Numbered from the stretch's first letter, positions 10,364 through 19,307 are shown. The stretch: DNA of 64,000 bases from Anaerolineae bacterium (GCA_963675785.1 OY776562.1:1760001-1824000), one strand, 5' to 3'. Made by a program: numbers and translations. The notes: a model not told the origin generated them from the sequence alone.

Positions 10364-10415
10364 ATCGATAAGCTCCTTTTAGCCGGCTAACAATCCAACA
10401 TGCAATGCGGTCAGA

Positions 10416-11573
10416 TCAGCCGTTACGCGCAGTCAGTGCATCGCGCATGCGTTTCAGCGCCTCAACAACCTGTTGTCTGGGCGAGCCCAGGCAGAGTCGA
10501 CAAAAGCCTTCGCCCCCAGGACCGAAAAAGGTCCCGGATGTTAGTGCAACGCGAGCTTGCTCGCAAAAAAATACATCAGGTCTATCGCCAAGGCCAGCCT
10601 CTCGGCAATCCAACCAGGCCAGGTAGGTGCCCTCCAGGGGACTCATGCGCACACCTGGCATCTCAGCCTCGATGAATGAAGATGCATAATCACGGTTCTC
10701 CGCCAAATAGATCAGCAGGTCCTCCAGCCAGGGGTCGCCGTACTTGTAGGCCGCCAACGCTGCCGTATAGCCCATCAGGTTGACGTCGGGCACCATACCG
10801 GCACGTGTTTTGCTCATCGCCTTGCGCAAGTTCTCATCGGGCACGATAGCAAAGGAGCATTGCAATCCGGCGAGGTTGAACGTCTTGGAAGGAGCCATCA
10901 GCGTTACCGTTCGCGCGGCAATATCAGGAGAGATCGAGGCGATGGGCGTATGCTGGCGTCCATCCAGAACCAGTTCGCAATGGATTTCATCCGAAGCAAT
11001 ATACATATCGTGGGCCAAGCAGATCTCGGCCATGTCCGTCAACTCTTGGCGAGTAAACACCCGACCTACGGGGTTGTGCGGGTTGCAGAGCAGGAAAAGC
11101 TTGGTGCGCTCGTCGATGGTGTCTTGCATCAAATCAAAATCGACGGTATAACGACCGTCTGCTCCGGGGGTCAGAAGCATACTCTGTAGCAAAAGATCGT
11201 GGTTAGCCGGAGCATGATGAATGGGCCCATAAACGGGAGTTTGCACCAACACACCATCACCTGGCTTGGTGATAGCGCGAGCAAACAAGTTAAAACCAGT
11301 CACGCAACCGGGCAGAAACATAATCCAGGAAGGGTCAACCTGCCAGTTATAGCGTGTTTGCAGGCGCTCGACCACTACCTCGATTAGCTCCTCCGGCGCA
11401 TTCGGATAACCAAACACACCGTGACTTACGCGCTCTCTCAAGGCCTCAATCACCGGTGGGGGGGAGGCGAAATCCATATCGGCCACCCACATGGGTAGTA
11501 CATCCTCATCATACAGATTCCACTTGACACTCTCAGTGCAACGACGATCAATCCGCTCATCAAAACAAGACAT
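10416..11573 (-). CDS. patB: MalY/PatB family PLP-dependent C-S lyase (cystathionine beta-lyase-like)
   Basis: Motifs SVKW, PMWVADMDF, LCNPHNPVGR, SDEIH, APSKTFNLAGL, EGTYLAWLD. Confidence 0.9.
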   Translation of the reverse strand: MSCFDERIDRRCTESVKWNLYDEDVLPMWVADMDFASPPPVIEALRERVSHGVFGYPNAPEELIEVVVERLQTRYNWQVDPSWIMFLPGCVTGFNLFARAITKPGDGVLVQTPVYGPIHHAPANHDLLLQSMLLTPGADGRYTVDFDLMQDTIDERTKLFLLCNPHNPVGRVFTRQELTDMAEICLAHDMYIASDEIHCELVLDGRQHTPIASISPDIAARTVTLMAPSKTFNLAGLQCSFAIVPDENLRKAMSKTRAGMVPDVNLMGYTAALAAYKYGDPWLEDLLIYLAENRDYASSFIEAEMPGVRMSPLEGTYLAWLDCREAGLGDRPDVFFCEQARVALTSGTFFGPGGEGFCRLCLGSPRQQVVEALKRMRDALTARNG

Positions 11574-11756
11574 ACAGCATCATCCTCACTTTCCACACGT
11601 CGAGGATTGTGCGGCGGAGAGAAAAAAAGTGCAAGTGAAGAAAAACAGGCCTCCGACAGATTGCACAAATTGGTGGAAAAAGTGCTTTTTGCGCTTGACC
11701 TCATTCTCAAAGCCGGGTACCATAAGGCACGTTTGAGCAAACACAGGAGGCGAGCG

Positions 11757-12350
11757 ATGAGGGAGCGTCTGGAGGCATTCCTTCGTTGGTTTAGGCAGTC
11801 CCAATGGGATGGCCAAGATGCCATGGGTACTTTTGAAGTATCGGTAGGCATTGCGGTTCTGATCTCTAACCTCATTATGGCTGCTGCCTCACGCAGCACG
11901 GTGTTGCTCAACATTCTGGCCGCCTTTTTGTTGGCTGCCGGCGTATGGTGGGGCAGCCGTTCCGAACACCTTCAGCTTCGTTCTCTCGGCAGCCGCCACG
12001 CCCCTGGCACGCTGTTTTTGGGCATCACCTGGCTGCTTGCCGGAATCGCCCTGCTGTTCTCCCTTCTAGTACTGCTCATCTCCCATCTCACCGGTCTCTC
12101 CGATCTGTCCGGATGGGCAGCGGGGCCTATACTCCTTACAGCCTTTATCGCCTCACTCTCTCTTATGCAAGGTTTGCGCCTGGGCATTACGAGGCTCATC
12201 ATCCTCGGCGGTGTTTTGGCTGTATACCTCTTTGTCATGCCTTTGCTAGTCGGTCACTTGTATCTGACTACCGCGCTGGTAGTAGGAGGCGCACTCATCG
12301 CCTGCGGCTTTATCGGGCGGCGCGTGTATCTGCACCGGCTAGAGGTATAA
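11757..12350 (+). CDS. Hypothetical membrane protein (~197 aa)
   Basis: AGGAGG RBS before ATG 11757. About 6 hydrophobic helices. The longer 11607 start has no RBS. Confidence 0.65.
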   Translation: MRERLEAFLRWFRQSQWDGQDAMGTFEVSVGIAVLISNLIMAAASRSTVLLNILAAFLLAAGVWWGSRSEHLQLRSLGSRHAPGTLFLGITWLLAGIALLFSLLVLLISHLTGLSDLSGWAAGPILLTAFIASLSLMQGLRLGITRLIILGGVLAVYLFVMPLLVGHLYLTTALVVGGALIACGFIGRRVYLHRLEV

Positions 12351-12493
12351 CAAAGTCCGGGCAGTTCTTGAAACACACTCGCTCCGTCATTCTGAAACAG
12401 CTGATCGTGTAATCAAGCGCACCGCCGCCGAGAGCAACTCCCCTGGCATAGGCATGGTGCATATGCAGTTTGTCCTGCATTTAGCGAAACTGC

Positions 12494-12509
12494 TAGTACA
12501 TTTGTTCTA
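12494..12509. promoter_or_regulatory. LexA-type SOS box (GAAC-N4-GTWC)
   Basis: TAGTACATTTGTTCTA (reverse TAGAACAAATGTACTA), adjacent to a TTGACC hexamer at 12511. Confidence 0.55.
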
Positions 12510-12537
12510 CTTGACCTCATGTTATTCTGCCAACATA

Positions 12538-12585
12538 ACGCAACATGTAGTATCGAGACGAGAGTATACCCACTACCGCTAGTAT
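12538..12585. promoter_or_regulatory. Tandem NrdR boxes
   Basis: acgCaAcATgTaGtat (12538-12553) and ccaCtAccgcTaGtat (12570-12585) against the consensus acaCwAtATaTwGtg. The 32-bp offset is canonical, and they lie upstream of nrdD. Confidence 0.75.
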
Positions 12586-12622
12586 TTGCGTGAAATATAT
12601 GCCATTATAAACGCAAGAAGTC

Positions 12623-12651
12623 TTGCCAAACCGCTCACTTTCGTCTATACT
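12623..12651 (+). promoter_or_regulatory. Sigma70-type promoter for the nrdD leader
   Basis: TTGCCA-17 bp-TATACT. Confidence 0.75.
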
Positions 12652-12660
12652 CATTCTTGC

Positions 12661-12815
12661 AAGCGGAGAGCAACCCAATGGCCTGAGCAGAGGATACCGC
12701 CGCGCTCAACAGGGTACCTCCACATTATGCAATACGCGTAACATCGTTTGAACAACCCGTTCGCCATGGCCCTCACCTTACGGTGAGGGCAACCCATTAG
12801 AGTGTCTATCCGCTT
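12661..12815 (+). ncRNA. Candidate structured cis-regulatory RNA (unassigned) in the nrdD 5' leader
   Basis: Starts just after the predicted TSS. The ends pair (AAGCGGA/TCCGCTT, AATGG/CCATT) and enclose four hairpins, including the perfect GCCCTCACC-TTAC-GGTGAGGGC. Confidence 0.5.
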
Positions 12816-12893
12816 ATTTCATTTATCCTTTAGCGGCTCCCTCAAGGGCTGCAGTATGACTGTCTCAACCAGCTATGAATGGAGGTCATCGAC

Positions 12894-15047
12894 ATGGCAG
12901 GCGCATCCCCCCGGCTCGTCCGCAAACGCGACGGGCGACTCGTGCCCTTTGAACAGGAAAAAATCACGAGCGCTATTTTCAAAGCTGCCCAATCTGTGGG
13001 CGGCGATGATCGCGATCGAGCCGTATATGTTTCAAATGCCGTCATCGACGTGTTGGATATGCTCTACTATGAATTGGGCGATTACCCCGATGTCGAGCAG
13101 ATTCAGGATATCGTCGAACGAACTCTGATTAAGAATGGCCATGCCAAGACGGCCAAAGCCTATATTCTTTATCGTGACTTGCATAACAAGCTTCGCGATA
13201 TTCGCGCTTTGATCGATGCCAACGAATTGGTTGATGGCTATCTCGAAAAGCTGGACTGGCGGGTCAACGAGAACTCGAACATGACCTACTCGCTCCAGGG
13301 TCTAAACAATCATATCTTTACTGCCGTCAACAGCGCCTACTGGCTAAATCGCCTCTATCCAAAAGAGGTACGCGAGGCCCACAATTCAGGCGACATTCAT
13401 CTGCACGATCTCTATGTGCTGGCCGTGTATTGCTGCGGCTGGGACCTTGAGCAGCTTTTGCTGATGGGATTTGGGGGAGTCCCCGGCAAAGTCGAGTGCA
13501 AGCCGCCCAAGCATTTCCGCACAGCGCTGGGCCAGATCGTCAACTTTTTCTATACCATTCAGGGTGAATCGGCTGGAGCCGTAGCTTTTTCCAGCTTTGA
13601 TACTTATCTGGCGCCGTTCATTCGCTACGATGGCCTCAAACCCAAAGAAGTGCGCCAGGCCCTGCAAGAATTCCTTTTCAACATGAACGTTCCTACGCGC
13701 GTTGGTTTCCAGACGCCGTTTACCAATATCACCATGGACCTGACCATTCCATCGCACATGAAGGACAAGCACGTCATCATTGGTGGGCAGCCCGTGATGG
13801 ATACCTATGAAGACTTTCAGGCTGAGGTTGATCTGCTGAACCGCACTTTTGCCGAACTCATGCTTGATGGCGACGCCAAGGGCCGCGTGTTCACCTTCCC
13901 CATCCCAACGTACAACATCACAAAGGACTTTGATTGGGACAACCCAGTGCTCGAACCGATATGGGAGATGACGGCCAAGTACGGCGTGCCCTATTTCTCC
14001 AACTTTGTAAACTCGGACATGAGTCCCGAAGACGCCCGCTCGATGTGCTGTCGCCTGCGCCTGGATAACCGCGAGCTGCGCAAACGCGGTGGTGGGCTCT
14101 TTGGCTCTAACCCACTCACAGGCAGTATCGGCGTGGTAACATTGAACTTGCCGCGCATTGCCTATTTGGCCCATAACGAACAAGAGCTCTATGCGCGCAT
14201 TGATGAGTTGATGGATCTGGCCAAAGAGAGCTTGACGATCAAGCGCCGTGTACTTGAAGAGTTTACCCAAAAAGGCCTTTATCCTTACTCCAAGCACTAT
14301 TTGACCGACATCAAAGAGCGGTTGGGCTCATACTGGGCCAATCACTTTAACACCATCGGGCTCAACGGCATGAACGAAGCTGCCCTCAACTTTTTGGGGG
14401 TTGATCTGACCGATGAGCGCGGACGAGCCTTTGCCGTTCAGGTAATGAACCATATGCGCGACCGTATGCAGCAATACCAGCTGGAAACTGGCCAGCTCTT
14501 TAACCTGGAGGCCACACCAGCCGAAGGGACCAGCTATCGCCTGGCTTTGCTCGATAAAGACATCTTCCCCGACATCATTACCGCTACGGGCGAAGGCGAA
14601 AACTCGGCCGCGTACTATACCAACTCGACCCAGCTTCCCGTCAATGCCACCGACGACCTTTTCCAAGCGCTGGAATGGCAGGATGAACTGCAAACGCTTT
14701 ATACCGGCGGCACAGTGTTCCACGCCTTTATGGGCGAGAGACTCACCTCTACCCAGGCCACCAAAGATTTGGTGCGGCTGGTAACCAGCAACTTCCGCCT
14801 GCCCTACTTTACGCTGACGCCGACCTTTAGCGTTTGCCCGGTGCATGGCTATATCGCTGGCGAGCATTTCAACTGCCCCAAGTGCGAGGACGAGCAACCC
14901 TGCGAAGTGTACAGCCGTGTGGTAGGCTACCTGCGCCCTGTGCGCCAATGGAACAAGGGTAAACAATCGGAATACAGCGAGCGCGTGATGTTTGCCGAGA
15001 AACCATCGCCCCATCGCGTAGAGGAGCATGTTGAGGTTTTTGAGTGA
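12894..15047 (+). CDS. nrdD: Class III anaerobic ribonucleoside-triphosphate reductase with N-terminal ATP cone
   Basis: GGAGG RBS before ATG 12894. ATP cone VRKRDG, SMCCRL, Zn site CPVH..CPKC, glycyl-radical motif YSRVVGYLRPV. Confidence 0.95.
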   Translation: MAGASPRLVRKRDGRLVPFEQEKITSAIFKAAQSVGGDDRDRAVYVSNAVIDVLDMLYYELGDYPDVEQIQDIVERTLIKNGHAKTAKAYILYRDLHNKLRDIRALIDANELVDGYLEKLDWRVNENSNMTYSLQGLNNHIFTAVNSAYWLNRLYPKEVREAHNSGDIHLHDLYVLAVYCCGWDLEQLLLMGFGGVPGKVECKPPKHFRTALGQIVNFFYTIQGESAGAVAFSSFDTYLAPFIRYDGLKPKEVRQALQEFLFNMNVPTRVGFQTPFTNITMDLTIPSHMKDKHVIIGGQPVMDTYEDFQAEVDLLNRTFAELMLDGDAKGRVFTFPIPTYNITKDFDWDNPVLEPIWEMTAKYGVPYFSNFVNSDMSPEDARSMCCRLRLDNRELRKRGGGLFGSNPLTGSIGVVTLNLPRIAYLAHNEQELYARIDELMDLAKESLTIKRRVLEEFTQKGLYPYSKHYLTDIKERLGSYWANHFNTIGLNGMNEAALNFLGVDLTDERGRAFAVQVMNHMRDRMQQYQLETGQLFNLEATPAEGTSYRLALLDKDIFPDIITATGEGENSAAYYTNSTQLPVNATDDLFQALEWQDELQTLYTGGTVFHAFMGERLTSTQATKDLVRLVTSNFRLPYFTLTPTFSVCPVHGYIAGEHFNCPKCEDEQPCEVYSRVVGYLRPVRQWNKGKQSEYSERVMFAEKPSPHRVEEHVEVFE

Positions 15048-15742
15048 AAATAGCCGGTCTGCAGAAACTCACGCTCATCGATTATCCCGATACCATCGCT
15101 TGCAGCGTCTTTCTGGCCGGATGCAATCTGGACTGCGGTTTTTGCCATAATCGCTGGATGATTGATTCCAAGGCCGCCCCCGAAGTTATCTCGGTGGGCG
15201 GCTTTTTCTCTTGGCTAGAAACGCGCAAGCACCTGCTCAAAGGGGTTTGCGTCAGTGGCGGTGAGCCAACCATCAACGCTGATCTGCCCGAATTCTTGGA
15301 ACATATCCACGATCTGGGACTCAAAACCAAGCTGGATACCAATGGCATCTTGCCAGAACGCCTGAAACGGCTTTTGAGCGACGGCTTGGTGGATTACGTA
15401 GCTATGGATATCAAAGCCCCGCTGGACGAACGCTATGATGCTGTTTGCGGCATTGCCAGGGCCGCTAAGCGCGTCGCCCAGAGCGTGCAAGTATTGAGGG
15501 ATTGGTCCAAGGCTGCTTACGAGTATCGCACGACCGTAGAGCCTCAGCTATCTGCTGCTGATCTGGCGGATATAGCTGCCGAGATTCAGCCTGAGGAACT
15601 ATGGTATTTGCAAATATTCAAGCCTGCTGAGGGAGTCGATGGGAGATTGTTGCAAATGGTTGCCTTGAACGAAGACGATCTAAGAGATTTGGTGCCCGAC
15701 CTCTCGATCAAAGCACCCAAAGTGCAACTTCGCGAGATCTAG
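15044..15742 (+). CDS. nrdG: Anaerobic RNR activating enzyme (radical SAM)
   Basis: GTGA overlap with nrdD. Motifs CNLDCGFCHN, SGGEPT, KLDTNG. Confidence 0.92.
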   Translation: MKIAGLQKLTLIDYPDTIACSVFLAGCNLDCGFCHNRWMIDSKAAPEVISVGGFFSWLETRKHLLKGVCVSGGEPTINADLPEFLEHIHDLGLKTKLDTNGILPERLKRLLSDGLVDYVAMDIKAPLDERYDAVCGIARAAKRVAQSVQVLRDWSKAAYEYRTTVEPQLSAADLADIAAEIQPEELWYLQIFKPAEGVDGRLLQMVALNEDDLRDLVPDLSIKAPKVQLREI

Positions 15743-15768
15743 CTGCATCCCTTGACTGGATATATCCC

Positions 15769-16164
15769 ATGACCGCTATCAAGTCCCTCATGGCCCGCCT
15801 GAAAACAAAAGCTAAATCCCTCAAAACCGATATCTATGCCTTGTATCTGGCCTTTCGCGATCCCCAAACGCCCTGGTACGCCAAAGCCATTGCCGGCCTG
15901 ACGCTAGCTATGGCACTAAGTCCGATCGATCTAATTCCAGACTTTATCCCCGTTCTTGGGTATCTGGATGACCTGATCATTGTGCCGTTGGGCATCTCGC
16001 TCTCTGTGAAGCTCATTCCCCAGGATGTGATGACCCGCTGCCGCAAGCAGGCCAGCACGCAAATGGCCGAGGATCCATCTCTGGCTCGCACCGGCACAAT
16101 CATCATCGCCAGCGTATGGCTCATCCTGTTGGTTCTTATGCTCTGGCTAATCCTCAAGAATTGA
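15769..16164 (+). CDS. YkvA/DUF1232 family membrane protein
   Basis: TPWYAK...SPIDLIPDFIPVLGYLDD signature. Confidence 0.9.
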   Translation: MTAIKSLMARLKTKAKSLKTDIYALYLAFRDPQTPWYAKAIAGLTLAMALSPIDLIPDFIPVLGYLDDLIIVPLGISLSVKLIPQDVMTRCRKQASTQMAEDPSLARTGTIIIASVWLILLVLMLWLILKN

Positions 16165-16510
16165 ATGATCAGCGTTACAACACAAGCAAAGAAGTGCACA
16201 AAGACTTGTTGCGCAGCTCTTCTTCATTGAAACGAAAAGTTACTTGATAATGCCTACTAAAATTCCATCAAATTTAGGCACATAAAACTAGCCCTTGCGA
16301 ATTGAGCCAATAGCCAAGATTAAACTTGCGGAATATACTACTGAGGTTGTGTCTAGATAGACAGAAAATTTACGTATAAAAGTTGATAGTCTGAACGCTT
16401 GATAGTTGATAACCGTATACTGATTGCACTCTTATTGTTAGTCAATACAAATTCTAAACTGCAGGTTGGAGTACCTTGATAGAATGTCCGTGCCGCAAAG
16501 GTATGGGCAA

Positions 16511-16548
16511 AAGCAAAAGAGCAGCCGTTGGCCGCTCTTTTTGTTTGC
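16511..16548. terminator. Bidirectional terminator-like hairpin
   Basis: caaaagagc ... gctctttttg, with A and T tracts on both sides. Confidence 0.65.
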
Positions 16549-16715
16549 ATGATTGCCCTGTCGCCAGCGCACACCAATCTTGACAAATCTGCTGCTCAGC
16601 TAGCCAGTCCCCTGTTATACTCTCGTCGGGCAACCGTGTTAGGCGGGATCACTTTTTCACTTGGGGTGCTATTGATTGCCATCATTACTGCCCAATAGCA
16701 CGCAGTCCTTTCAAT

Positions 16716-18098
16716 CTATCTGGTAAGCTGGATCTTGAGCGTATAAGCGTGGTCGCAAGGTTTTGCCCGAGGCAAAGTGACACGCAAACACTCATCATTC
16801 TGACACCAGGCCAGGGCCTCGTTCGATCCCAGCATTGAGATCATTTCGATATCATCGAGGCAAATCGGCGAATCACAAGACAGGGAATTGATAGAGAGCT
16901 CGCCATCCTCGGGCCAGCCCAGGGCGATGGCATACAAAACGCCCTCTTTGCTGGTAAAGCGAATATCCTCAACACCAAAAGCTATGTTGTTTTGCTCGGT
17001 CAGATGGCCGGTTACCACCGGCGTATTGCCCTCACCATAGATCGTCCAAGGTCGAGTGCCGTAAATCGCCTCACCGTTGACCTTGAGCCACTCGCCTAAT
17101 CCCAGCAATCGCTTCTGCGCCTCTTGTGGAATCGTGCCATCCGGCCGAGGGCCAATATTGAGCAGCAGGTTACCGTTCTTGCTGACGATATCGACCAGAT
17201 CGTGTACCAGAGTGGTTACGCTCTTCCACTCGTCGTCCTCGATATAACACCAGCTCTTGTAGCTCACCGAAGTATCAGTCTGCCAGTAAAAATCGGGCTT
17301 TTTGTCGAGCTTGCCGCGTTCCATATCGAACACTGCTACACCCTCAGGAAACTTGTCCTTATACTGCAGCACGGGCTCATAGCCCCGCTCAGCAGCCTTG
17401 TTGTAATAATAGGCCGTCACCATGGGACGATAAGGTGCAAACTCGTCTTTGTGCCAGCCGAAATCAAACCACAGCACATCGGGATCGAATTTATCGACCA
17501 ACTCGCAGGTGCGAGCATACCAGTCCTCTATCCATTCGGGCGTAGCTGGTGCATCCTCATCATGCTTCGGGCTATAAATGCCGGCATTTTCGGGATCGAC
17601 CGTATCGAAATCCTCTTCATACGTAAAAAAACGCCAGTTGTTGGCGCGGTGAGAACTCACGCCAAACTTTAATCCCGCCTCTCGCACAACCTGCGATAGC
17701 TCGCTGACGATATCACGATGCGGCCCCTTATTGACCACATTCCAGGGGGTATAGTCGGTGCCGTACATGGCAATACCATCGTGATGCTCTGCCACCGGCA
17801 CGACATAGCGCGCCCCTGCTGCTTTGAACAAAGCCACCCACGCCCGGGGATCCCAATTTTCTGCCTTGAACAAGGGGAGAAAATCCTTGTAGCCAAAATC
17901 CTTGTGCTTTCCCCATACTTCCAGATGATGGTCGAATTCGGGCTGGCCGCGACGATACATATTGCGTGGATACCATTCATTCTGAAAGGCTGGCACCGCA
18001 TAAGCGCCCCAGTGGATAAAAATGCCCAGCTTGGCATCTTGAAACCATTCCGGCACCTCATACGCTTTGAGCGATTCCCAATTGGGCTCAAAAGTCAT
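16716..18098 (-). CDS. Alpha-L-fucosidase (GH29), cytoplasmic
   Basis: GAGGAGG RBS before ATG 18098 (MTFEPNWESL). Motifs WFQDAKLGIFIHWG, AEHHDG, LWFD, VSKNGNLLLNIGP. Confidence 0.93.
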   Translation of the reverse strand: MTFEPNWESLKAYEVPEWFQDAKLGIFIHWGAYAVPAFQNEWYPRNMYRRGQPEFDHHLEVWGKHKDFGYKDFLPLFKAENWDPRAWVALFKAAGARYVVPVAEHHDGIAMYGTDYTPWNVVNKGPHRDIVSELSQVVREAGLKFGVSSHRANNWRFFTYEEDFDTVDPENAGIYSPKHDEDAPATPEWIEDWYARTCELVDKFDPDVLWFDFGWHKDEFAPYRPMVTAYYYNKAAERGYEPVLQYKDKFPEGVAVFDMERGKLDKKPDFYWQTDTSVSYKSWCYIEDDEWKSVTTLVHDLVDIVSKNGNLLLNIGPRPDGTIPQEAQKRLLGLGEWLKVNGEAIYGTRPWTIYGEGNTPVVTGHLTEQNNIAFGVEDIRFTSKEGVLYAIALGWPEDGELSINSLSCDSPICLDDIEMISMLGSNEALAWCQNDECLRVTLPRAKPCDHAYTLKIQLTR

Positions 18099-18142
18099 GC
18101 TTTTCCTCCTCAAATCCCGCGACCGAGATGAACTCTGTTTGG

Positions 18143-19228
18143 CTATCCCAGGCTTTGTTTCGCCAATTCGCCTTGCCGAGTAAAAGGACATACCGCAATA
18201 CACACACTGCAACTCGTGCCCGAGGCGACCCAATAGCGCAAGCACTGTTTTGCGTTGACATACCAGCGCGATTCTCCAGAATGGCTGCACTCGTTGGGGC
18301 CGCTGATGGTTCGCTCTCCCGTGGGCACCGCCTTGGAAGGGCACTTTTCCGCGCACAACCCGCACGACTGGCAATACTCAGTAACCCCCAAATCAATAGG
18401 CGTATCCAATTCAAGGGGCATATCAGTAAAAACTTTGCACAAACGCACACAAGCCCCGGCTTCAGGAGTAATCAGCAGTCCGTTTCGCCCTGCCTGTCCC
18501 ACTCCCGCCGCTATCGCCATCGGTACAGAAAGTCCGGTTCCGTTCACACTGGGAATTGCCTGATAGCCACAAGTACGAATGAACGTAGCCACAGAGAGCG
18601 CAGCAGCGGCCGCCCTCGAATACCCCAAACTCGTGGCCGCCTCGGCTTGTAGTGAAGGCGCTGTCATGATCAGATCGAAATCCATGGGCACAGCCATCAC
18701 AATGACCCGCTTCATACTGTTTGGCAAATAGAGTCCTGTTTCATCCTCGTAAGGAGTTGCCGCTTTCGTGATATGAATCGGCGTAACCTCTGGCTCATCA
18801 GAGGAACAATGGTTACGCTGTACATCGGCATAGATCCACTCTGGGCGGAGCTCGGCAACGCCAGTGCGCAATGAGCCAACCCTTGACGCAAACTCCCCCA
18901 GATATCGTCGTAATCGTTTGCCATCTGTGGGCCGCTGAGCCAATACCTCAGGAGGGATATCGCGAGGTTGTTCCCAAGTCAGCGCACCACGATTGCTCTT
19001 GCCGCTGCCCCAGCTCACCGTTGTTTCATTGACCGTCTCAAAGCCAATGCCATACGCATAATACAGCAAGGCCTCATCCGCGTCCTCGAACTCTCGTTTG
19101 GGCTCCATCTTGCCATCTCGCACCAAACTCAGTGCTTTATTGTGAAATACGCCCTGCCAAGAAACCCCCATATCACGAGAGACAGCATTGAAAGCGGTAT
19201 TGCGTTCACTAAAGCGCTCAAGGCTCAC
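18143..19228 (-). CDS. Reductive dehalogenase (RdhA)-like cobalamin/2x[4Fe-4S] protein, no TAT signal
   Basis: Probable GTG start at 19228 with GGAGG RBS. Motifs PEWIY, VMAVPMD, LGYS, AAGVGQAGRNGLLITP..G..VR, TDMPL, CQSCGLCAEKCP, CLRYW..CSVCIAVCP. Confidence 0.8.
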   Translation of the reverse strand: MSLERFSERNTAFNAVSRDMGVSWQGVFHNKALSLVRDGKMEPKREFEDADEALLYYAYGIGFETVNETTVSWGSGKSNRGALTWEQPRDIPPEVLAQRPTDGKRLRRYLGEFASRVGSLRTGVAELRPEWIYADVQRNHCSSDEPEVTPIHITKAATPYEDETGLYLPNSMKRVIVMAVPMDFDLIMTAPSLQAEAATSLGYSRAAAAALSVATFIRTCGYQAIPSVNGTGLSVPMAIAAGVGQAGRNGLLITPEAGACVRLCKVFTDMPLELDTPIDLGVTEYCQSCGLCAEKCPSKAVPTGERTISGPNECSHSGESRWYVNAKQCLRYWVASGTSCSVCIAVCPFTRQGELAKQSLG

Positions 19229-19288
19229 AGAAATCCCTCCCCCACCCATATCCCGGTGCCCGAGTATAACTGGAGTTGCATCTGACAA

Positions 19289-19307
19289 CAAGGTTAGAAA
19301 AACCTTG
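19289..19307. promoter_or_regulatory. DtxR/MntR-type operator overlapping the ZIP promoter
   Basis: CAAGGTTAGAAAAACCTTG is a 19-bp dyad matching 12/19 of TTAGGTTAGCCTAACCTAA. It overlaps TTGACT(19305)-16-TACAAT(19327). Confidence 0.6.

Noticed and set aside
11607-11756. Longer start for the membrane protein
   Set aside because: No RBS; the region looks like divergent promoter DNA.
12426-12447. gccgagagcaactcccctggc resembles the start of the nrdD leader (gcggagagcaacccaatggc)
   Set aside because: Only a 9-nt exact match with no further similarity; could be chance.
12661-12815. Cobalamin riboswitch (common upstream of nrdD)
   Set aside because: No GGGAA..GGTG.AA.TCC, GCCACTG or B12-box elements.
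12661-12815. Retron msr-msd or 6S RNA
   Set aside because: There is no reverse transcriptase in the window and no long msd stem. The fold is multibranched rather than the 6S rod with a central bubble, despite a TTGAAC..GTTC hairpin.
16200-16450. Replication origin
   Set aside because: AT-rich, but there are no TTATCCACA DnaA boxes and no dnaA/dnaN context.
16451-16548. tracrRNA or CRISPR-associated RNA
   Set aside because: No cas genes or repeat-spacer array were seen in the window.
18099-18374. N-terminal extension of the fucosidase ORF (552 aa)
   Set aside because: It overlaps the rdhA-like gene. The RBS and GH29 homology begin at 18098.
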